A stretch of 64,000 nucleotides of DNA from Burkholderiaceae bacterium (GTDB taxonomy: Bacteria; Pseudomonadota; Gammaproteobacteria; Burkholderiales; Burkholderiaceae_E), in contig JAMLIS010000015.1 of NCBI GenBank assembly GCA_023954015.1, positions 9,726-73,725 of the forward strand, given 5' to 3'. The position numbers and the translations under genes are program-made. Shown one piece after another: positions 32,501 through 41,600 of this stretch. Numbering within the stretch: the first letter of the stretch is position 1; the number at the start of each line of letters is the position of its first letter. The notes under the pieces were generated by a model. The model had not been told where the DNA came from and made no database searches. It saw only the letters and a list, made by a program, of their open reading frames with translations.

Positions 32501-33392
32501 GATGCAGCCACATGTCGGCGTGGCGGGCGACCTCCGAGTAGTCCGGCGTGATCGAGACGACCTTCGTGCCCTTGTAGCGGGCCTCGACGAAGAAGTGCGC
32601 ATCGGGCGTGCGCGTCTGCGGAACGTTCGAGCCCCACGCGATCAGGAACATCGAGTTGTACCAGTCGGCCGATTCGGGCACGTCGGTCTGTTCGCCCCAG
32701 ACCTGCGGACTGGATGGCGGCAGGTCGCAGTACCAGTCGTAGAAGCTCAGGTTCGTGCCGCCGATCAGCGACAGGTAGCGCGCGCCGGATGCGTACGAGA
32801 TCATCGACATCGCCGGGATCGGCGAGAAGCCGGCGATGCGATCGGGTCCGTATTTCGCGATCGTGTAGACGTTCGCCGCGGCGACGATCTCCTCGACCTC
32901 GTCCCACGAGGCACGAACGAAACCGCCCAGGCCGCGCTGGCTCACGTAGTCGGACCGCGTGGCGTCGTTCTCGACGATGCTCGCCCACGCGCGCACCGGG
33001 TCGCTTTCGCGCTCGCGCGCGGCGTGCCACGCGCGCATCAGCCGGCCGCGCACCATCGGATACTTCAGGCGCTGCGCGCTGTAGAGATACCAGCTGTAGC
33101 TCGCCCCGCGCGCGCAGCCGCGCGGCTCGTGGTTCGGCAGGTCGGGTCGGGTGCGCGGGTAGTCGGTCTGCTGCGTCTCCCAGGTGACGATCCCGCCCTT
33201 GACGTAGATCTTCCACGAACACGAACCCGTGCAGTTCGTGCCGTGCGTCGAACGCACGATCTTGTCCTGCGCCCAGCGGTTGCGATACGCGTCTTCCCAG
33301 GTGCGGTCCTCGCCGGTGACCAGGCCGTGGTCCCCGGAGAACTTCGCGTGCGGCTGCGCGAAATACGTCAATCGATCGAGGAACCGGCTCAT
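29505..33392 (-). CDS. narG: Respiratory nitrate reductase alpha subunit, copy 1
   Basis: 1295 aa from MSRFLDRLTYFAQP. FS0 motif HGTNCTGSCSWKIYVKGG is present, and the sequence is NarG-like throughout. The upstream extension of ORF 29505..34010 is rejected. Confidence 0.97.
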   Translation of the reverse strand: MSRFLDRLTYFAQPHAKFSGDHGLVTGEDRTWEDAYRNRWAQDKIVRSTHGTNCTGSCSWKIYVKGGIVTWETQQTDYPRTRPDLPNHEPRGCARGASYSWYLYSAQRLKYPMVRGRLMRAWHAARERESDPVRAWASIVENDATRSDYVSQRGLGGFVRASWDEVEEIVAAANVYTIAKYGPDRIAGFSPIPAMSMISYASGARYLSLIGGTNLSFYDWYCDLPPSSPQVWGEQTDVPESADWYNSMFLIAWGSNVPQTRTPDAHFFVEARYKGTKVVSITPDYSEVARHADMWLHPKQGTDAALGMAMGHVILKEFYVDRRAAYFEDYARRYTDSPMLVELQPMKAAGDAMPASSDPAARGPAGAAPDAFVAGRTLRASDFPDALGQSNNAEWKTVAFDENGDVVVPQGSIGFRWGSKDRGDLGKWNLENREAREGREVRLTLSLLDDDAHPHEVATVAFPYFGGDAHPHFPRSEQGGDVLLRRVPVRRLRLADGREALVATVFDLLVAHYGVRRPGIDDPAAAADYDANVPYTPAWQEAITGVPRDRAIVVAREFAANAEKTQGRSMIIIGAGVNHWFHCDMNYRSAISMLVLCGCVGQSGGGWAHYVGQEKVRPQSGWAALTFALDWVRPSRQVGGTSFFYAHSDQWRYEKIGPQELLSPLADPAQHGGAVIDYNVRAERMGWLPSAPQLATNPLHVARDAQAAGVSAADYVARGLKDGLLRMSCEDPDDPVNWPRNLFVWRSNLLGSSGKGHEYFLRHLLGAKNGVLGEELAPGDPRPAEVDWRERAPQGKLDLLVTLDFRMSTTCLHSDVVLPTASWYEKNDLNTTDMHPFIHPLSTAVDPVWQSRSDWDIYKGIARRFSELCVGHLGVEQDVVLRPLMHDSPAELGQALDVREWKRGECDFVPGVTAPHVDVVERDYPNTHRRYVSLGPLMSRLGNFSKGLQWSTEDEVELLRQLNGTVRHGPTAGLAKIETDIDACETVMTLAPETNGHVAIKAWEALSEVTGRGHVHLALHRGDERIRFRDIQAQPRKIISSPTWSGLESDKVSYNAGYTNVHELIPWRTLTGRQHLYLDHAWMRDFGEGFVVYRPPVDLKSLAAVAGKRPNGHPEIALNFITPHQKWGIHSTYTENLIMLTLSRGGPIVWVSEIDAQRAGIVDNDWIELFNANGALTARAVVSQRVQQGMVMMYHAQEKIVNTPGSEITGLRGGIHNSVTRVVMKPTHMIGGYAQFAYGFNYYGTIGSNRDQFVLLRKMDVVDWIDAPAGVPEPVPTGAAAASAGAAAAVQEARR

Positions 33393-33620
33393 CGGCGATG
33401 CTCCATCCTGCGACGTCGGGTCGAAAGCGAGCGAGCATCTTAGGACGCAACCCGACGATCGGGCCAACGATGTCCGGAGGCGCGATGCGGTTAAGCGCGG
33501 GCGCAGGGACCGCCGTCCGGGCACGCAGCGGTCCCCGGCTTCCGTTCGCATGCCGGCCCGACGCGCGGGCGGCGCCTGCGTACAATTCGACATGCCGAAG
33601 ACGCACGAGCCGCGCAACGA

Positions 33621-33917
33621 ATGCTTCACGTTCGCCCAGAGACGCTGAAACCCTTCGCGCGCAAGTACGTCTGGTGGAAGACGCCGGAGGAGGCCGTCAC
33701 CAGGCCCGAACGCGTGATCGCGCAGGTGATGGACATCGGCGACTATGCCGACGTGCAGGCACTGGTTTCGGAAGTCGGCGAAGACGTCCTGCGCGAGGTG
33801 CTGGCGCGCGCGCAAGCGGGCCAGTTCAACGCCCGCTCCTGGGCGTATTGGCACTACCGTCTCGAACTCGCCGGCCCGAACGAGGTGCCTGCGCTGCCGG
33901 TTCGAAGAATTCCGTGA
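33621..33917 (+). CDS. Small helical protein (98 aa), putative cognate antitoxin or partner of the downstream AbiEii-like gene
   Basis: ATG 33621. Its stop overlaps the downstream GTG start as GTGA (33914-33917). I recognise no motif (MLHVRPETLKPFARKYVWWKTPEEAV...). Confidence 0.5.
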   Translation: MLHVRPETLKPFARKYVWWKTPEEAVTRPERVIAQVMDIGDYADVQALVSEVGEDVLREVLARAQAGQFNARSWAYWHYRLELAGPNEVPALPVRRIP

Positions 33918-34597
33918 GCCGGCGGTTCGAAGCCCGCATCGACGCGTTGCCGCCCGCGCAGATACGGCTGTGGCCGCAGCTGCGCAACACCGGCGCGCTC
34001 GGTTTCGCACTGTACGGCGGCACGGCCGTTGCCCTGCGCCTCGGGCACCGTGATTCCGCCGATTTCGATTTCTTCTCGGAGAAGCCGCTCGATCGTACGG
34101 CCATCATCGCCGCGCTTCCGTTCGTGGAACGAGCGACGACCTTGCAGGAACAGGGCGACAGCTGGGTCCTGCAGGTTCCCGACGACCGCTCGCCGCTCGA
34201 ACACGTGAAAGTGTCGTTCTTCGGCGCGATCGCCTTCGGACGGGTAGGCGAGCCGGAGTACACCGACGACGGCGTGGCCCTGGTCGCATCGATGGACGAT
34301 CTGATGGCGACAAAAGCAAAGGTCGTCCTTCAGCGCGTGGAAGCGAAAGACTACCGCGACGTCGCCGCGATGATCCGCGCGGGCGCAAGTCTGTCGCGGG
34401 CCCTGGCATCGGCGCGCCTGCTGTTCGGGCCCAACTTCCAGCCGAGCGAGGCGTTGAAGGCGCTGGCCTATTTCGACGACGGCGACCTGGACACGCTCGA
34501 CGACGCCGACAGAACGACACTGATCGAAGCGGTGAAGAAGGTCCGCGATCTTCCGGCCGTGACGTTGCTTTCGAGAAGCCTCGGCGCCGCCGTTTGA
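33914..34597 (+). CDS. Nucleotidyltransferase of the AbiEii/AbiGii (DUF1814) toxin family
   Basis: 227 aa from a GTG start, in the frame of ORF 33398..34597. NTase motif LYGGTAVALRLGHRDSADFDFFS is present, with a downstream DLMATKAKVVLQRVEAKDYRD. Confidence 0.72.
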   Translation: MSRRFEARIDALPPAQIRLWPQLRNTGALGFALYGGTAVALRLGHRDSADFDFFSEKPLDRTAIIAALPFVERATTLQEQGDSWVLQVPDDRSPLEHVKVSFFGAIAFGRVGEPEYTDDGVALVASMDDLMATKAKVVLQRVEAKDYRDVAAMIRAGASLSRALASARLLFGPNFQPSEALKALAYFDDGDLDTLDDADRTTLIEAVKKVRDLPAVTLLSRSLGAAV

Positions 34598-34660
34598 TAA
34601 TGATATGACGCGTCCTGCGGACCTGCGGAGAACCCGTCCCCGCTGCGTCGGTACAACGCG

Positions 34661-35494
34661 TCAGCGCGACCCGTCGGCGTTCGTGCCGTCGCTCGGCGCC
34701 TGCGCCGAAAGCTCGGACAGATAGCGCCGCAGCGCCGTGACCCACGAACGGCGTCGCAGGTCCTGTGCGACCGCCTCGCGCACTTCCTCCCAGGTCGGCT
34801 CGTCGCCGCGCTCGCGGGCGAGCACCTCGACGATATGCAGGCCGAGGCGGCTGCGCACCAGGCGCGGCAGCAACCCGGTCTCGGGCCGGTCGAAGAGTTC
34901 GCGCGCGAACTCCGGTGCGCAGTCGCGCGAGACGATCCAGCCCAGGTCGCCGCCCTGCGCGCCGCTCGGGCAGTTCGAGTTCCGGCGAGCGGCCTGCGCG
35001 AAGGCCGACGTCCGGTCCGACGAACCGCGTAACCCGAGCAGCAACTGCTCGGCATACGCAGCCAGCGCAGCGACGTCGACGCCCGGCGTCACCGCGAACA
35101 GGATGTGGCGCGCATGCACGCGCTCGACCGGACCGAAACGCGATGCTTGCGCGGCGTAATGCCGGCGGCATGCCTGCTCGTCCGGCTCGACGATGCGCAA
35201 CTCCTCGTCGAGCAGCGCTTCGATTGCCTGTGCCTGCGCCTCGGAGACGAAGCCCGTTTCCCGGTCGACGCCGTCGGCCCCCGGCAGGCCGCGACGGCTC
35301 GCCTCGTCGAGCAGCAACTCGATGATCGCGCGGCGGCGCGACTCGTCCTGCGCCGCCGCGTCGTCGACCGCTTCGGCCGCCTCGACCGCTTCGGCCGCCT
35401 CGACCGCCTCGACCGCCTCGACCGCCTCGACCGCCTCGATCGCCTCGATCGCAGCCTCCGGCCCGACGCGGTCCTCGCGAACCGTCGCGATCAT
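34661..35494 (-). CDS. PpiC/parvulin-type peptidyl-prolyl isomerase (NifM-like), associated with the nar operon, copy 2
   Basis: 277 aa from MIATVRED: VHARHILFAVTPG...NCPSGAQGGDLGWIVSRDCAPEFARELF...SRLGLHIVEV. The start overlaps the narI copy 2 stop as ATGA. Confidence 0.8.
   Translation of the reverse strand: MIATVREDRVGPEAAIEAIEAVEAVEAVEAVEAAEAVEAAEAVDDAAAQDESRRRAIIELLLDEASRRGLPGADGVDRETGFVSEAQAQAIEALLDEELRIVEPDEQACRRHYAAQASRFGPVERVHARHILFAVTPGVDVAALAAYAEQLLLGLRGSSDRTSAFAQAARRNSNCPSGAQGGDLGWIVSRDCAPEFARELFDRPETGLLPRLVRSRLGLHIVEVLARERGDEPTWEEVREAVAQDLRRRSWVTALRRYLSELSAQAPSDGTNADGSR
35366..35458. repeat. In-frame 18/9-nt tandem repeat inside ppiC copy 2
   Basis: Two units of gaccgcttcggccgcctc are followed by four of gaccgcctc, then gatcgcctc and gatcgcagcctc. 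On the minus strand this encodes AIEAIEAVEAVEAVEAVEAAEAVEAAEAV. Confidence 0.9.
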
Positions 35495-36345
35495 GATCGA
35501 CCTGCCGCGGGATTCGCCGACGAGAAAGCAGAGGCACCGGCAGGAAGCGCACCGTCGGCGGCGTCGAACGAGGGCTCGGGTCGCGACGGCGTGTCGACGC
35601 CGCCGGCCGCGCCGGGACCGAGACGCACCCGCGCCGGTGCGCGATGCGACGCCGGCAGCCCCAGCCGCCGGCTGCGCACCAGCTGGTACGGACGCAGCAC
35701 GTAGGCGATCGACGCAAAGCCGCTCCAGACGTGCACGAGACGCGTGAACGGGAACACCAGGAACACCGTCATGCCGAGCACCATGTGCAGCTTGAACACC
35801 CAGCTCGCCTGCGCGATCGACTCGACGGCTCCGGGCCGGAAGGTGACGATGCGCTGCGCCCAGTCGGCCAGCACCAGCATCACGCTGCCGTCGAGGTGCT
35901 GCCCCGACAGCGGGATCGTTGCCAGCCCGAGCGCGAGCTGGATCCACAGCAGCCACAGCAGGAACACGTCGCTCTTTCTCGACACCGCGCGGATGCGCGC
36001 GTCGCCCAGGCGGCGCGTGAGCAGCAGCGTGAGCCCGACGATCGCCAGCACGCCCGCGATGCCGCCGCTCGCCATCGCGATCCGCTGCTTGGTGCCCGCG
36101 TCGAGAATCGGCGCGTAGACGAAGTGCGGCGTGAGCATGCCGAAGAAGTGACCGAAGAACAGGAACAGCACGCCGGCGTGGAACAGGTTGTTGCCCCATC
36201 GCAGCGACCCGGCGCGAAGCAGCTGCGACGAATCGCTCTTCCAGGTGTACTGGTCGCGATCGAAGCGGATCCAGCTGCCGACGAAGAACACGGTCAGGCA
36301 CACGTACGGATACAGGCCGAAGAAGAAGTGATCGAGGGCGTTCAT
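35491..36345 (-). CDS. narI: Respiratory nitrate reductase gamma subunit, copy 2, with an extended C-terminal tail
   Basis: 284 aa from MNALDHFFFGLYPYVCLTVFFVGSWIRFD..., with LFHAGVLFLFFGH and PFTRLVHVWS. About 50 extra Pro/Ala/Gly-rich residues follow RPYQLVRSRR. Confidence 0.93.
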   Translation of the reverse strand: MNALDHFFFGLYPYVCLTVFFVGSWIRFDRDQYTWKSDSSQLLRAGSLRWGNNLFHAGVLFLFFGHFFGMLTPHFVYAPILDAGTKQRIAMASGGIAGVLAIVGLTLLLTRRLGDARIRAVSRKSDVFLLWLLWIQLALGLATIPLSGQHLDGSVMLVLADWAQRIVTFRPGAVESIAQASWVFKLHMVLGMTVFLVFPFTRLVHVWSGFASIAYVLRPYQLVRSRRLGLPASHRAPARVRLGPGAAGGVDTPSRPEPSFDAADGALPAGASAFSSANPAAGRS

Positions 36346-36360
36346 CGGTCGGCTCCCGGG

Positions 36361-37092
36361 TCAGAGAGGCGCGCGCGCCGCGGCGTCGGCATCGCGCGGA
36401 AGTCCAGCCGCTGCGCTCACCGCAGGCGCGGCGCGAGGCACGAAGTGCAGGGGTTGCGCCGCGTCGGGCCGCGCCTGTCCGCGCGTCGAGCAGCCGCCGA
36501 AGGCGGGCGGCTCGGCCCAGGCCTCGTCGATCGACTCCTCGGGTGGCAGCGCGACCGTGCGCACGCGCTCGCCGGCGAGCTCGAGCGCGGCGGCGATCGT
36601 TGCGGCGTAGCGGCTGCGACGCGCCGCCAGCGCCGTGTGCAGCGCATTGAGCAAGGGCGCCAGTTCGCCGAGGAAGGCGCGCGCGAGCTTCGGCGGCTGC
36701 GTAGACGCGAATTCGAGCACGATCGGCAGCCAGTCGGGCAGCTGCCCCGGCGCCAGGCGCAGCCCCGCCTGCTCGTAGGTCGCCAGCAGGTCGACCATCG
36801 CCTGGCCGCGCTCGCGCGAGTCGGCGTGCACGTGCTCGAAGAGCAGCAGCGACGTGGCGCGGCCGCGGTCGAAGCAGTCGACGTAGTCGGCCTCGATCTC
36901 GTAGGGGTCTCGCGCGCGCAGGTGCGCGACGAGCGCGGCGAGCGCCGCGCGCACCGCCGGGCTGCAGGCGCGCTCGTCGTCGAAATGCTCGCCGAGCGCC
37001 GGCAGCAGCGCGCGCAGGCGCGCGTCCGGATAGGTGAGCAGTTGCGCGAGCGCGCGCAGCGTACGGGCGTGGGTCATCGTCTGCGGCCTCAC
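36361..37092 (-). CDS. narJ: Nitrate reductase molybdenum cofactor assembly chaperone, copy 2
   Basis: 243 aa: YEIEADYVDCFDRGRATSLLLFEHVHADSRERGQAMVDL...LPDWLPIVLEF. The start overlaps the narH stop by 4 nt. Confidence 0.88.
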   Translation of the reverse strand: MRPQTMTHARTLRALAQLLTYPDARLRALLPALGEHFDDERACSPAVRAALAALVAHLRARDPYEIEADYVDCFDRGRATSLLLFEHVHADSRERGQAMVDLLATYEQAGLRLAPGQLPDWLPIVLEFASTQPPKLARAFLGELAPLLNALHTALAARRSRYAATIAAALELAGERVRTVALPPEESIDEAWAEPPAFGGCSTRGQARPDAAQPLHFVPRAAPAVSAAAGLPRDADAAARAPL

Positions 37093-38612
37093 AGCGTTGC
37101 CTTCACGGGGACGGTTCGCCGCTTGCCGGCGCCGAACAGGCTCGTTTCGCTCGTCCCCTCCGAGCAGCCGTTCCCGAAGGAGAAACCGCAGCCGCCGCGC
37201 ACGTCGAAGGCGTTCTCGGCGTACTCGCGATGCGTCGACGGGATCACGAAACGGTCCTCGTAGTCGGCGATCGCCATCACGCGGTACATGCGCTGCGCCT
37301 CGGCCACCGTGAGCCCCACCTGCCCGAGCACCTCGGTGTTCTCGCGTCCCTCCACGTGCAGGTCACGCTGGAACGCGCGCATCGCCAGCATCCGCTCGAG
37401 CGCGCGTATCACGGGCGCGGTGTCGCCGGCGCTGAGCAGGTTCGCCAGGTACTGCAGCGGGATGCGCAACTGCGAGACGTCCGGAATCTGCCCGTTGGCG
37501 CCGATGCGTCCCGCCTGCGCAGCCGAGGCGATCGGCGACAGCGGCGGCACGTACCAGACCATCGGCAGCGTGCGGTACTCCGGGTGCAGCGGCAGCGCGA
37601 CCTTCCAGTCGACGGCCATGCGGTAGACCGGGCTCGCGCGCGCCGCCTCGAGCCACGCATCGGGCACGCCGTCGGCGCGTGCCTGCTCGATCACCGACGG
37701 ATCGTCCGGATCGAGGAAGACGCCGAGCTGCGCCTCGTACAGCGCACGCTCGTCGGCCACGCTCGCCGCCGCTTCGATGCGGTCGGCGTCGTAGAGCAGC
37801 ACGCCGAGGTAGCGGATCCGGCCCACGCAGGTCTCCGAGCAGACGGTGGGCTGTCCGGCCTCGATGCGCGGGTAGCAGAAGATGCACTTCTCGGCCTTGC
37901 CGCTCTTCCAGTTGAAGTAGATCTTCTTGTACGGGCAGCCCGAGATGCACATGCGCCAGCCGCGGCACTTGTCCTGGTCGATGAGGACGATGCCGTCCTC
38001 CTCGCGCTTGTAGATCGATCCCGACGGGCACGAAGCCACGCAGGTCGGATTCAGGCAGTGCTCGCACAGCCGCGGCAGGTACATCAGGAAGGTGTTCTCG
38101 AACTGGCCGTAGATCTCCTTCTGCACGTCGTCGAAATTGCGGTCCTTCGAGCGTCCGGCGAACTCGCCGCCGAGGATCTCCTCCCAGTTCGGGCCCCATT
38201 CGATCTTCTGCATCCGCTCGCCGGTGATCAGGCTCCTCGGACGCGCGGTGGGCGCCGCCCGCGACTCGGGCGCCGACTGCAGGTGGTCGTAGTCGAAAGT
38301 GAAGGGCTCGTAGTAGTCGTCGATCTGCGGCAGGTTCGGGTTGGCGAAGATGCGCATCAGCAGCTGCCACTTGCCGCCCTGGCGCGGTCGAATCGAGCCG
38401 TCGGCGCGACGCACCCAGCCGCCCTGCCAGCGATCCTGGTTCTCCCACTCCTTCGGATAGCCGATGCCGGGCTTGGACTCGACGTTGTTGAACCACGCGT
38501 ATTCCAAGCCCGGACGGTTCGTCCAGACGTTCTTGCAGGTGACCGAGCAGGTATGGCAGCCGATGCACTTGTCCAGATTCAGCACCATGCCGATCTGTGC
38601 GCGAATCTTCAT
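37089..38612 (-). CDS. narH: Respiratory nitrate reductase beta subunit, copy 2
   Basis: 507 aa from MKIRAQIGMVLNLDKCIGCHTCSVTCKNVW. By eye it is roughly 80 percent identical to copy 1. Confidence 0.97.
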   Translation of the reverse strand: MKIRAQIGMVLNLDKCIGCHTCSVTCKNVWTNRPGLEYAWFNNVESKPGIGYPKEWENQDRWQGGWVRRADGSIRPRQGGKWQLLMRIFANPNLPQIDDYYEPFTFDYDHLQSAPESRAAPTARPRSLITGERMQKIEWGPNWEEILGGEFAGRSKDRNFDDVQKEIYGQFENTFLMYLPRLCEHCLNPTCVASCPSGSIYKREEDGIVLIDQDKCRGWRMCISGCPYKKIYFNWKSGKAEKCIFCYPRIEAGQPTVCSETCVGRIRYLGVLLYDADRIEAAASVADERALYEAQLGVFLDPDDPSVIEQARADGVPDAWLEAARASPVYRMAVDWKVALPLHPEYRTLPMVWYVPPLSPIASAAQAGRIGANGQIPDVSQLRIPLQYLANLLSAGDTAPVIRALERMLAMRAFQRDLHVEGRENTEVLGQVGLTVAEAQRMYRVMAIADYEDRFVIPSTHREYAENAFDVRGGCGFSFGNGCSEGTSETSLFGAGKRRTVPVKATL

Positions 38613-38614
38613 CG

Positions 38615-41600
38615 TCACGCTCCCTTCGCGGCGGCGGCGATCGCGGTGGCCGCGGCGGCGGCGGCAGCTTCCCGGTCGTGCGCCGGCTCGTCGAGCCAGT
38701 CGACCTTCGCCATCTTCCGCACGACGACGAATTCGTCGCGGTTGGTGCCGATGGTTCCGTAGTAGTTGAAGCCGTAGCTGTACTGCGCGTAGCCGCCGAT
38801 CATGTGCGTGGGCTTGAGCACCACGCGCGTGACCGAGTTGTGGATGCCGCCGCGCATGCCGGTGATCTCGGAGCCGGGCGTGTTGATGATCTTCTCCTGC
38901 GCGTGATACATCATCACCATGCCGCGATTCACGCGCTGGCTCACGACCGCGCGCGCGGCGATCGCGCCGTTGGCGTTGAAGAGCTCCACCCAGTCGTTGT
39001 CGACGATGCCCGCCGCGCGCGCGTCGTCCTCCGACAGCCAGATCACCGGCCCGCCCCGGTTCAGCGTGAGCATCATCAGGTTGTCGCTGTACGTGGAGTG
39101 GATGCCCCACTTCTGGTGCGGCGTGATGAAGTTCAGCGCGATCTCCGCGTTGCCGTTCGGCTTGCGACCCATCACCTCGCCCACCGCCTTCAGGTCCACC
39201 GGCGGGCGATACGACACGAAGCCTTCGCCGAAGGCGCGCATCCACGGGTGGTCCTGGTAGAACTGCTGGCGCCCGGTGAGCGTGCGCCACGGAATCAGCT
39301 CGTGCACGTTCGTGTAGCCGGCGTTGTACGAGACCTTCTCGCTCTCGAGCCCGGACCACGTGGGCGAACTGATGATCTTGCGCGGCTGCGCCTGGATGTC
39401 GCGGAAGCGGATCTTCTCATCCTCGCGATGCACGGCCAGGTGCGCGTGCGCGCGCCCCGTGATCTTCGACAGCGCATCCCACGCCTTCACCGCGACCTGC
39501 CCGTTCGTCTCGGGCGCGAGCATCATCACCGTCTCGGCAGCATCGATGTCGCTGACGATGCGCGGCAGGCCCTTCGCCGGTCCTTCGTCGAGCACCTCGC
39601 CGTTCAGTTCGGCGAGCGCGCGCACCTCGTCCTCGGTGTTCCAGGCGATTCCCTTGCCGCCGTTGCCCATCTGCGTCATCAGCGGACCGAGCGCCGTGAA
39701 GCGCGCCCAGGTGTTCGGATAGTCGCGCTCGACGACGCTGATCTGCGGCGCGGTACGGCCCGGCTCCAGCTCGCAGTCGCCGCGCTTCCAGTCGTGCACG
39801 TCGAAGGGCTGCGCGAGCTCGGCCGGCGTGTCGTGCATCATCGGCGTGAGCACGACGTCGCGCTCGACGCCGAGGTGCCCCGGGCACAGCTCGCTGAACT
39901 TCTTCGCGAAGCCCTTGTAGATCTCCCAGTCGCTGCGCGCCTCCCACGCCGGATCCACCGCGCGCGACAGCGGGTGGACGAACGGGTGCATGTCGCTCGT
40001 GTTGAGGTCGTTCTTCTCGTACCAGGTAGCGGTGGGCAGCACGACGTCCGAGTACAGGCAGGTCGTGCTCATGCGGAAGTCGAGCGTGACGAGCAGGTCG
40101 AGCTTGCCTTCGGGCGCGTGCTCGTGCCACTTCACCTCGACCGGCTTCGCCTCTTCGGCGCCGAGATCCTTGCCCTGCACGCCGTGGCTGGTGCCGAGCA
40201 GGTGGCGCAGGAAATACTCGTGTCCCTTGCCCGACGAGCCGAGCAGGTTCGAGCGCCAGACGAAGAGATTGCGCGGCCAGTTCGCCGGATCGTCGGGATC
40301 CTCGCAGCTGAGTTCGAGTGCGCCGCTCTTCAGGTTCCGCACGACGTACGCTTTCGGGTCCATGCCGGCTGCCTGCGCGGCAGGCGCGATCGCGAGCGGA
40401 TTCGTCTTCAACTGCGGCGCCGACGGCAGCCACCCCATCCGTTCGGCGCGCACGTTGTAGTCGATCATCGACGCGCGGTGCGCGTCCCTGTCGGCCAGCG
40501 GCGACAGGACCTCGTCGACGCCGAGACGCTCGTAGCGCCACTGGTCGGTGTGCGCGTAGAAGAAGCTCGTCGAATTCTGCTGGCGCGGCGGCCTGATCCA
40601 GTCGAGCGCGAAAGCGAGCGGCGCCCACCCGGTCTGCGGGCGCAGCTTCTCCTGTCCGACGTAGTGCGCCCAGCCGCCGCCGCTCTGCCCGATGCATCCG
40701 CACAGCATCAGCAGGTTGATGATGCCGCGGTAGTTCATGTCGCAGTGGTACCAGTGGTTCATCGCCGCGCCGATGATCACCATCGATCTGCCGCGCGTCT
40801 TCTCGGCGTTCCCGGCGAACTGGCGCGCGACGGCGATCACGTGTTCGCGCGGCACGCCGGTGATCGCCTCCTGCCAGGCCGGCGTGTACGGAACGTCGTC
40901 GTCGAAGCCGGCGGCGGCCGACGGATCGTCGACGCCGGCGCGCGCCACGCCGTAGTTGGCGGCGAGCAGATCGAACACCGTTGCCGCGAGGATCTCCGTG
41001 CGCACGCCGTCGCGCACGACCGGCAGGCGCCGGGCCGGCACGCGCCGGCGCAGCACGTCGGCGCCCTGCTCGTTCGACTCGAAGTGCGGCGTCGCGATGC
41101 CGCCGAAATACGGAAAGCCCACGTCGACGAGTTCGCGGTCCACGCCGCGATCGTCGTCGAGCAGCGACAGTTGCAGCGAAACTTCGCGCGCATCACGCGC
41201 GTCGCGCGCCTCGAGATTCCACTTGCCCCGATCGCCGCGCCCGTCGGGACCCCAGCGAAAACCGATCGAGCCGTTGGGCACGACGACGCCGCCGTCGGCG
41301 TCGAAGGCCACCGTCTTCCATTCCGGATGGTTCTCCTGCCCGAGCGCAGCGTCGAAATCGCTCGCGCGCAGATAGCGGCCCGGCGCAAGCAGCCTCGAGC
41401 CGTCGGCGAGCGTCGTCTCGCCGAGTTCGACGAGCAGCGGCAGATCGGTGTAGCGGCGCGCGTAGTCCTCGAAATACGGCACGCGCCGCTTGACGTGAAA
41501 TTCGTCGAGCACGACGTGGCCCATCGCCATCGCGAGCGCCGCGTCGGTTCCCTGCTTCGGGTGCAGCCACAGGTCGGCGAGCTTCGAGACCTCGGCGTAA

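Noticed and set aside
29709-33443. 1244-aa ORF antisense to narG copy 1. The same applies to 38597..42670, antisense to narG copy 2.
   Set aside because: The NarG frames are unambiguous. The antisense frames are low-complexity Arg/Ala/Asp-rich translations.
33895-33945. tRNA-like T-arm strings (ggttcgaag) near the junction of the toxin pair
   Set aside because: No acceptor, D or anticodon arms can be drawn. The sequence lies within the coupled ORFs.
35366-35458. Possible CRISPR array. The tandem repeats at 46811-46886 and 56051-56124 were considered too.
   Set aside because: The units are 9-21 nt and directly abutting, with no unique spacers. Two of the three arrays lie inside coding sequence. 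No cas genes are in the window.
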